A stretch of DNA of 23,668 bases, taken from NCBI GenBank assembly GCA_963663405.2, contig CAXXSM010000166.1, forward strand, positions 1 through 23,668, given 5' to 3'. The notes below the pieces were generated by a model that had not been told where the DNA came from, did no database searches, and saw only the letters and a program-made list of their open reading frames with translations. Below are positions 10,113-17,371 of this stretch, piece after piece. The stretch comes from a bacterium. Lineage in GTDB: Bacteria > Hinthialibacterota > Hinthialibacteria > Hinthialibacterales > Hinthialibacteraceae. Every line of letters starts with the position of its first letter. Within the stretch, counting starts at the first letter, position 1. A program made the translations under genes and the position numbers.

Positions 10113-10874
10113 TTATTGATCCAGTCGTTCCAAAATGGCAGGGAGTTGGGAAAAATCATCGCAAATCGCTTCTGCGTTTGTATTTTCACTCCCCCGATCT
10201 TTCACCCCGGTGAACAAGATTGATTTCGCGCCTACCGCGTGAGGCCCATCGACATCATTTTGTTCTCGATCTCCAATATGGATGATTTGATTCAGTTCCA
10301 CACCGAAATCTTGAGCGGCTTTTTCGAAAACGGCGGGAGTTGGTTTGGAAAAACCAACTTCATCAGAAAAGACCAGCGAATCAAATTCTTGGAGAATGCC
10401 TTGCCCATCCAGCAATTGACGAAGACAGCGCCCCGGGCTGAAGATGGCGTCGGAAATGACACCCAATTTATACTGTTTTTTCAATATCTGAAGAACATCC
10501 CGGATACCCGGAACGGGATCTGGACGAAACCGCAATTCCATTTCCTCGTGTTGTAAGATCAATTCATCCAAATCGGCAGGAGGCAACTCGCGTTTTAAAG
10601 CCGCGAAAAGAATCGACAACCGCTCCCGGACAGTCCATGTAACATATTGCTCATGCCATACTTTATTGAATGCTGCGTCTGCAGCGTTATAGGCCGTTTC
10701 AACCATTTCTCTTGAAATCGGAGCGTGTTTTTGGAGAGTCTGAAAAACCAGTTCTCTTCGTTCAACTGTTTTCGGTGGTAATCCCGCTTTTTTCCGCTTC
10801 GGTTCATCGCTATCATCTGAGAATAGCGTATCCCATAGGTCGAATGTAATGGCTGCAATTTTGGGAGATTCCAT
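10113..10874 (-). CDS. HAD-superfamily hydrolase, subfamily IA
   Basis: Motif I FDLWDTL, motif II VISD, motif III SKP, motif IV HIGDREQNDVDG. Confidence 0.92.
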   Translation of the reverse strand: MESPKIAAITFDLWDTLFSDDSDEPKRKKAGLPPKTVERRELVFQTLQKHAPISREMVETAYNAADAAFNKVWHEQYVTWTVRERLSILFAALKRELPPADLDELILQHEEMELRFRPDPVPGIRDVLQILKKQYKLGVISDAIFSPGRCLRQLLDGQGILQEFDSLVFSDEVGFSKPTPAVFEKAAQDFGVELNQIIHIGDREQNDVDGPHAVGAKSILFTGVKDRGSENTNAEAICDDFSQLPAILERLDQ

Positions 10875-11150
10875 TAATAACTACTCTTTCATTAAGGATA
10901 TAATCTGTTCAGTTCAATGATTGAACGTTAGAGAGTGGAACGTATATGTGTCAATTTTTATACTTTTGGATAAATTGATTTCGAGTGAAAGTTGAAAAAG
11001 TATGGGCCTAATTTTATCCAATTTAATTATAATCTCAATCTCGAAAAGTCAGAAAACTCAAATGATTATCAAATTCTTGCAGAATAAAATAGTAAGACCG
11101 GATTTTCATATACTGTTCGAACTAGCACATCACTGTCTCGTTCAGTTTGG

Positions 11151-11217
11151 GACGCGGTAGAGACGCCGGTTTCTCGGCGTTCCCCGCGCAGATTCCAGCG
11201 AGTGGAATTATCGCACT
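11151..11217 (-). mobile_element. Group II intron 3' remnant (partial domain V plus domain VI)
   Basis: Minus strand AGTGCGATAATTCCACTCGCTGGAATCTGCGCGGGGAACGCCGAGAAACCGGCGTCTCTACCGCGTC. It contains a DV-like hairpin followed by a DVI stem (GCGG..ACGCCG / CGGCGT..CCGC) with a bulged A. The 5' GAGC catalytic triad and the RT ORF are absent. Confidence 0.75.
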
Positions 11218-11267
11218 ATATCCCTGTAGGATCAATTGAAGATCGTACAGGAAACTGCATGCATGAA

Positions 11268-12647
11268 TTAAATCCGATCAAAGTATCGTTCCCGTTCCCA
11301 GTCTGTAACACTGGCGTTAAACGCTTTTTGTTCCAATCGCGCCAAGCGCGTATAGTGTTCGACAATCTCCTTCCCGAAGGTGGCTTGCGCGATATTACTT
11401 TCTTGAAACAGATCGCAGGATTGGAGTAAATCGAGAGGAATCTGGGGGAGGGATTTGTCTTGATACGCATTCCCCGCATAAGGATCCCCACAATCCAATC
11501 CTTCTTCAATCCCTGCCAATCCCGCAGCGATGGTTGCAGCAAAAGCGAGATAGGGATTCGCGTCGGCTCCTGGGATTCGATTTTCGATTCGAAGAGAAGA
11601 ACCATGACCGATAATGCGGAATCCGGTCGTGCGGTTATCCTGGGCCCAAGCGATCCGGGTTGGGGCGAACGAGTCATCTTGATATCGTTTATAGGAATTA
11701 ACGGTCGGAGCGAAAAAGAGAAACAACTCGGGGGTATATTGAAGCAACCCACCCAAGAATTGACGGAATAACAAAGTTTCTTTTTTCTTTTTTTCATCCC
11801 AAAACAGATTGGTTTCCTTGTTCACATCGAGAATGCTTGTATGGATGTGACAACTGGAACCAGCGGCAGCGCTTTCATATTTAGCCATAAACGTCATGGA
11901 GCCCCCATGCTTAGAGACGATTTCTTTGACGCCATTCTTGTATATGACATGACGATCCGCCATCTCTAGAGCGTCTGAATAACACAGGTTAATTTCATGT
12001 TGCGCTTTACCCCATTCTCCTTTGCTGAATTCGACCGGAATGTAACTCTTGCACATTTGATTGCGAATATCTCGAATAACCTCTTCATCGCGCGTTGTAG
12101 CCAGGATGTGATAATCGATCAAATATTTCGACGTAGGAGTCGGATTATGAAAATGACGTCCGGGGGATTCCAGTTCTTGCATGGATTCATTGAATAGATA
12201 AAATTCCAGTTCCGATCCCATCATGGGAAGAAAACCGGACTTTTTCGCTTGTTCGATTTGCTTTTTGAGAATTGTACGAGGCGCCGGAACAACCATTTCA
12301 CCATTTTCCCATACCAAATCAACTAAAACCAGCGCCGTTTTTTCCAGCCATTGAATCGGCCGCAGTGTGTTTAGGTCAAGGATTCCTCCGAAATCACCAT
12401 ACCCTTTCTCCCAGCTGCATATGGAAAAGCCGGGAAGAGGATTCATTTCCATATCCGTGGCAAGCAGATAATCGCACATTTGGATACCGCTTGTTAACAC
12501 GTGTTCCAAGAAATAAGCGCCCGTAACTCGTTTTCCCAACAACCGGCCGTATGGGTCAGGAAAAGCAACAAGAACGGTGTCGACCGCCCCTTCTTCAATC
12601 ATAGTGCGCAGAATGTCAATCGTAAAAGGTTTTTCATTTTTATTCAT
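11268..12647 (-). CDS. Glutamine synthetase-family protein, gamma-glutamyl-amine ligase type (PuuA/GlnA4-like)
   Basis: DPYGRLLGKR, GYGD, SELEFYLF, KGEWGKAQHEIN, TFMAK..AGSSCHIH, PTVNSYKR, DNRTTGFR, RIENRIPGADANPY. The N-terminal pattern fits the amine-glutamylating subgroup rather than GlnA1. Confidence 0.92.
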   Translation of the reverse strand: MNKNEKPFTIDILRTMIEEGAVDTVLVAFPDPYGRLLGKRVTGAYFLEHVLTSGIQMCDYLLATDMEMNPLPGFSICSWEKGYGDFGGILDLNTLRPIQWLEKTALVLVDLVWENGEMVVPAPRTILKKQIEQAKKSGFLPMMGSELEFYLFNESMQELESPGRHFHNPTPTSKYLIDYHILATTRDEEVIRDIRNQMCKSYIPVEFSKGEWGKAQHEINLCYSDALEMADRHVIYKNGVKEIVSKHGGSMTFMAKYESAAAGSSCHIHTSILDVNKETNLFWDEKKKKETLLFRQFLGGLLQYTPELFLFFAPTVNSYKRYQDDSFAPTRIAWAQDNRTTGFRIIGHGSSLRIENRIPGADANPYLAFAATIAAGLAGIEEGLDCGDPYAGNAYQDKSLPQIPLDLLQSCDLFQESNIAQATFGKEIVEHYTRLARLEQKAFNASVTDWERERYFDRI

Positions 12648-12732
12648 CAGCGGAGATTGACCGTTTCAATTGAATTATATATGTCACACGAAAAAAGGTG
12701 TTATCTATTATAGGGAGAGTAACGCAATTAAG

Positions 12733-14181
12733 TTAATCCTCAAAATAAATAAAGACATTTTTTACTTCTGTAAAATTATCCAAACTTTCCATCCCTAAAT
12801 CCCGACCGATACCACTTTGTTTAAATCCACCGAAAGGCGCTTCGATGAACACGCTGGAACTAGTATTGACACCTAAGACACCAGAACGAATCTGTTTGGA
12901 AACACGGTGGGCGCGCGTAAGATCATTGGTCCAGAGTGAACCGGACAATCCGAATTTAGTACCATTGGCTTGTCGAATCATGTCATCTTCATCGGTAAAA
13001 GGGATTACATTGAGAACCGGGCCAAAAATTTCTTCCTGCGAAATGCGCATGTCATTGGTTGCGTTTGTAAAAACTGCGGGACGGATATACGAACCTTTGG
13101 CAAAAATCCCTTCAGTTAATATATCGCCACCATACGCCAAGGTTGCGCCTTCTTGTTGCCCCAATTGTATATATGAATGAACGGTTTCCCGTTGTTTCAT
13201 GGAGACCATCGGTCCGATTTGGGTGGCGTCATCCATGGGATCGCCGATGACGGTTTTATGGGTTTGATCAATAAACGTGTCGACGAATTCATCGTAAACC
13301 GATTGTTCGACAAAGGCGCGGCTTCGAGCGCAGCAATCCTGTCCACAATTCCCGAAAACGCCTAACACGGAATTTCGCGCCGCATTTTCCACATCTGCGT
13401 CGGCGAAAACGATATTGGGTGATTTCCCCCCTAATTCAAGAGAAACCCGCTTGATATCGTTAGCGGCCGTTTTCATGATTTCGATCCCCGTGGTGGTTTC
13501 ACCGGTAAATGTGATTTTATCGACACCCGGATGCGCCACAATGGCGTTCCCGGCCGATGATCCCGGACCCGTGAGGATATTCAAAACTCCGTCCGGGAGT
13601 CCCGCTTCCAGCGCGATTTCCCCCAAATACAGGGCCGAAAGAGGGGTATAGCTGGCGGGTTTGAGAATCACAGCGTTCCCTGTCGCCAGCGCAGGAGCCA
13701 CCTTCCAACAAGCCATGGCAAAAGGAAAGTTCCAAGGGACTATCCCTGCGACAACACCGCAAGGAACGCGAAGAGTATAGTCGAGTCCCTGCTTGGAAAC
13801 GGGGATGGTTTTCCCGGTATATTTTGTAATCGCGCCGGCGTAATACTCGAAACAATACGCTCCCGCGCCGACTTCATCTCTTGAGTCGCAGATCGGTTTC
13901 CCGACGTTCATCGATTCGATTTGGGCGATTTCTTCCTGTTTTTCGCGCAACAACTCGGCAAATCGAAAGAGAACGGAAGCGCGTTCGGAAGCGAGCATAT
14001 TTGGCCAGGGCCCTTCATCAAACGCTTTCCGGGCGGCTCGAACCGCCACATCAACATCTTGCTCATTCGCTTTGGCTACTTGCGCCATCAGTTCGGTTTG
14101 AGCAGGATTGATTACATCGAATGTTAAACCCGATTTCGCGGGAATCCATTTTCCTTGGATGAATAACAGGTGCTGTTTCAT
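12733..14181 (-). CDS. NAD-dependent aldehyde dehydrogenase
   Basis: IVPWNFP, KPASYTP, FTGETTTG, LELGGKSP, catalytic Cys in NCGQDCCA, EEIFGPV, PFGGFKQSGIGR. Confidence 0.95.
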   Translation of the reverse strand: MKQHLLFIQGKWIPAKSGLTFDVINPAQTELMAQVAKANEQDVDVAVRAARKAFDEGPWPNMLASERASVLFRFAELLREKQEEIAQIESMNVGKPICDSRDEVGAGAYCFEYYAGAITKYTGKTIPVSKQGLDYTLRVPCGVVAGIVPWNFPFAMACWKVAPALATGNAVILKPASYTPLSALYLGEIALEAGLPDGVLNILTGPGSSAGNAIVAHPGVDKITFTGETTTGIEIMKTAANDIKRVSLELGGKSPNIVFADADVENAARNSVLGVFGNCGQDCCARSRAFVEQSVYDEFVDTFIDQTHKTVIGDPMDDATQIGPMVSMKQRETVHSYIQLGQQEGATLAYGGDILTEGIFAKGSYIRPAVFTNATNDMRISQEEIFGPVLNVIPFTDEDDMIRQANGTKFGLSGSLWTNDLTRAHRVSKQIRSGVLGVNTSSSVFIEAPFGGFKQSGIGRDLGMESLDNFTEVKNVFIYFED

Positions 14182-14230
14182 AGTTTACTCCTAATGTTGA
14201 TAATGTGATCGCGATAGAATGTGGTTTATA

Positions 14231-15397
14231 TTACCAACTTTCTTGATAAAGACGTAACAGGTCCTCTTTCGAGCAGGGGCGTGGATTCGTTTGATGACAG
14301 GGATCCTCGAATGCTTTTTGGACTAATTTTTCCAGACCTTCTTCCGGAATGCCGCAATCGCGCAACCGCGCCGGAATTCCGATTCGGTGATTCAGATCGG
14401 CGACTGCTTGGATCGCAGAAGCCGCCGCGTCAGAATCGGCCATCTCACGGGTGTCGATTCCAAAAAGAATAGCGACTTTCCGATACTCTTTGCAGGCGGC
14501 TTCTTGGTTGAAGCGCATCACCGCCGGCAAACAAACCGCATTGGCAAGGCCATGTTGCAAACCGAATTCCGCCGAGAGAGGATGAGCCAGGGAATGCGCC
14601 GCGCCTAGATCTTTTTGAAATGAGATCGCTCCCATTGTCGCCGCAATCATCATATATCCTCGGGCTTCGATATCCTGACCGTTTTCAACGGCGCGTTCCA
14701 GATAGTTAATCACGAGTTCCAGTCCACCCAGCGCGACGGCGTCACAAATGGGGTGAAACACAGGGGCCGTCAATGATTCAAGGTTATGGGTAAACGCATC
14801 CATTCCCGTATACGCCGTGAGATGAGGTGGCAATTCAACCGTCAATTCGGGATCTTCAATGGCGCGCGCCGGTAAAAGAAGGGGACTGAAAATGAACATT
14901 TTACGTTCCAATTCAGGAATGGTAATCACGGATACACGCCCAACTTCACTGCCCGTTCCGGCTGTGGTGGGAATAGCGATAATGGGCGGCAAGGGCCCTG
15001 TAATGCGTTCATAGCCACCGGTTTGCGCGTCAAATTCGACAAGGGGCCCATTATGGACTACACGAACGGCAATCGCTTTTGCCACATCGATCGCGCTTCC
15101 TCCACCCAAACCGATGACTCCATCACACTGTTCATCCTTGAATTGCTTTCCTGCGCGTTCCACATCCTCCTCGATTGGATTGGGATGGACACCAGAAAAA
15201 AGAGAAAATTCTTGCTTGGCGCTTTGTAATGTTTCTTCAACTTTGACGAACGCTTCAGTCTTCAAAAAAGCGGAATCAGTAACGAGTAATGGTTTTTTAC
15301 TCCCCGTTTCTTCAAGGCATTTGGGGAGTGTTTTAATCGCCCCAGCGCCAAAAATAATCGTGGTAGGGAAATTGAATCGAGAGATTTCATTGAACAC
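14231..15397 (-). CDS. Iron-containing alcohol dehydrogenase
   Basis: GGGSAIDVAK, PTTAGTGSE, metal ligands in DAFTH, HSLAH and HGLANA. SD GAGGAG upstream of the GTG. Confidence 0.95.
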   Translation of the reverse strand: MFNEISRFNFPTTIIFGAGAIKTLPKCLEETGSKKPLLVTDSAFLKTEAFVKVEETLQSAKQEFSLFSGVHPNPIEEDVERAGKQFKDEQCDGVIGLGGGSAIDVAKAIAVRVVHNGPLVEFDAQTGGYERITGPLPPIIAIPTTAGTGSEVGRVSVITIPELERKMFIFSPLLLPARAIEDPELTVELPPHLTAYTGMDAFTHNLESLTAPVFHPICDAVALGGLELVINYLERAVENGQDIEARGYMMIAATMGAISFQKDLGAAHSLAHPLSAEFGLQHGLANAVCLPAVMRFNQEAACKEYRKVAILFGIDTREMADSDAAASAIQAVADLNHRIGIPARLRDCGIPEEGLEKLVQKAFEDPCHQTNPRPCSKEDLLRLYQESW

Positions 15398-15983
15398 GTT
15401 TAATTCTCCTCATTCATTGTTCGGCTTTCTGAAAAGGGTGTCATAAACCAATAACAGGCCGATCCGATCACCTGCGTCACTGTACTGAGACGCTATGTTG
15501 TATTTTTTACGACAAAAATCCTTCGTCGGTATTTCCATGATCTTTTTGATGAATGGTTTTTGTTTGCGCCAATATCACTATGGCGGAATAAGAAACCGAT
15601 TCGAATCAAAAAATTATATTTCTCTTTTTCGATCATTTCAAAGCATGTGAGAGTATTATAATCCTATCAGATTGAAATGTAGTGCCTTGTGAGACTGTCA
15701 TGGGCGAATCGGTTCATCAGTAAACACTTGACAATATTGATGTTAATACGTCGCGGTAGAGATGGTTTTTTTCTGAGATTTCATGGGATAAAAACCGATG
15801 AACTAAAGCGCGATTGAATAAACAAGGATGGAAATGATAACGATTATTAAGCAATGAAGTCAACCAGCGAAGGTGGATAAAGTCACCGTAACGCTAAACA
15901 ATATCGTACTTCCGACGCTGGGAATATCTCACACCATTGCTGTCCAAGAAAAATCAGAAACTGCATAAAGAATAGCGAAATTT

Positions 15984-17213
15984 TTAGGATTTTGGACGGG
16001 GGAAGCCCGGATTTTGATTCCAGGCCCCCTTTTGCTGTCCAAAACAAATATCATCAAAGGTTAATTGTAAGTCTTCTGGAGGTTTTGGCGGGATTTGAAA
16101 CGGATCGTTTATCCATTTCATTAAATCCCTGTAGGTAAACAAATTTAGACGAAGAAAAGCCACCAGATTGGAGAGTGACCAATCCCATTGGGAACGGAAT
16201 TGGAGTATCTTCAAAATCAAAATGGGAATCAAGGCGGTCCAAATTTGAATCTTCAAAGCATTCGCCGACGTGCCGACAAAGGTTTTCACTTTCAGGTTTT
16301 GCTTTAATAGTTTGAAGAAGATTTCTATTTGCCAGCGTTCCTTGTAGATGGCCGCGATAGTACGGGCGGCGAATTCGTGGTGATTGGTCAACAAGTCGAT
16401 CATCCGTTTATTTTCTTCATCCCAAACCCGTACCAATCGGAACGTCATGCCGGAGCAGACTTCTTGCGCACGATTCGAGGTGAAACGGATCGTATAATCG
16501 CCCCGTAGATTCGAATCCCCTGGGACCACTCGGCGGCTGATCAACTGATACTTCAAATTCTCTTTGAGCCGGGTGACAAAATACACGCCCCGGTCGGTCC
16601 ATTGCCGAAACAATTCGAAATCGACATAGGCGCGATCCATGGCCACGATCGAGCCCGCGGCCAGATGAAGCAATCGGGCGATTGTGATATCGTGTTGTTT
16701 TCCCTCACCAATGTAGGCGTAGGCGGGCAGATACCCGTCGTGATCCAGGAGCAGGTGAAGTTTGACCGCCCCCTTGGTGCGCCGAAACTTCGCCCAATCG
16801 AACAGAGACGCGCACAAGTCAATGACGGACAAATCCAGGCTGTCGAGTTTGTTCTTGAAGCGGAATTTACGTTTCCCCTGAAATTCCAACTGCGCTTGGC
16901 GCAAAAGCGTGTAAAAGAGAGCCTGGAACATTTCCCAGGAACGATGTTGATTCGCATAGGCGAGAGTTGAGCGCTTGGGGGCGTTTTTGATACCGAGATG
17001 GGTTAATTTCCCTACACATGTGGCCAATCCCCCGCAGATTTCTCGCAAGGATTTCGCTTGGCCAAGTTGGCAAAACAACATGGCTACCAATTGCTCCCAG
17101 CATGAAAAATTCTTCGCATAGCGATTCCCGGAATACGTGTCCACGATGCGGGCGAATTCAAAACGAGGTATAAAGGCTAGGATTTGCGAAAAAAGACTGG
17201 CACAATAAGTCAT
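15984..17213 (-). CDS. IS4-family DDE transposase (DUF4372 + DDE_Tnp_1)
   Basis: SLFSQIL, QLVAMLFCQL..SLREI, VKLHLLLD, MDRAY, YKERWQIEIFFK (YREK motif). The start is more likely ATG 17213, preceded by GGAGGT, than 17249 as in the ORF track. Confidence 0.93.
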   Translation of the reverse strand: MTYCASLFSQILAFIPRFEFARIVDTYSGNRYAKNFSCWEQLVAMLFCQLGQAKSLREICGGLATCVGKLTHLGIKNAPKRSTLAYANQHRSWEMFQALFYTLLRQAQLEFQGKRKFRFKNKLDSLDLSVIDLCASLFDWAKFRRTKGAVKLHLLLDHDGYLPAYAYIGEGKQHDITIARLLHLAAGSIVAMDRAYVDFELFRQWTDRGVYFVTRLKENLKYQLISRRVVPGDSNLRGDYTIRFTSNRAQEVCSGMTFRLVRVWDEENKRMIDLLTNHHEFAARTIAAIYKERWQIEIFFKLLKQNLKVKTFVGTSANALKIQIWTALIPILILKILQFRSQWDWSLSNLVAFLRLNLFTYRDLMKWINDPFQIPPKPPEDLQLTFDDICFGQQKGAWNQNPGFPRPKS

Positions 17214-17276
17214 ATCGGACACCTCCAGCATGGATTGGATATTTCGCAACTATACAATACCATGCGGGTGTCCGAT
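17214..17276 (-). promoter_or_regulatory. Hairpin overlapping the transposase ribosome-binding site
   Basis: ATCGGACACC 17214-17223 pairs with GGTGTCCGAT 17267-17276, and GCATGG 17228-17233 pairs with CCATGC 17260-17265. The stem covers part of the SD and abuts the ATG. Confidence 0.6.
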
Positions 17277-17371
17277 TCTCATAGATGGACAATCCCTCAT
17301 TTTTTTATTGGACAAGAGTGATAGCGGGTATACCGATATGGAGTAGTGTTTTATGACGCCGGTAAAATAAA

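Larger units (their letters stand above)
15935..17320 (-). mobile_element. IS4-family insertion sequence, 1386 bp
   Basis: Terminal inverted repeats CATTGCTGTCCAAGAAAAA (15935-15953) and the reverse complement of 17302-17320, CACTCTTGTCCAATAAAAA, match at 15 of 19 positions and enclose a transposase. No target-site duplication is visible. Confidence 0.85.

Noticed and set aside
11268-11312. SVTDWERERYFDRI at the end of the GS-like protein resembles the W tail
   Set aside because: This is the conserved glutamine synthetase C-terminal helix (V..WE...Y). The spacing differs, it is not terminal, and the protein has no signal peptide.
15750-15762. GTCGCGGTAGAGA matches the group II intron 3' end at 11151 (12 of 13 bases)
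   Set aside because: Too short, and no DVI stem partner follows. It could be chance.
15780-15934. Possible membrane-protein C-terminal remnant on the minus strand beside the IS
   Set aside because: It needs several assumed frameshifts and has no convincing motif.
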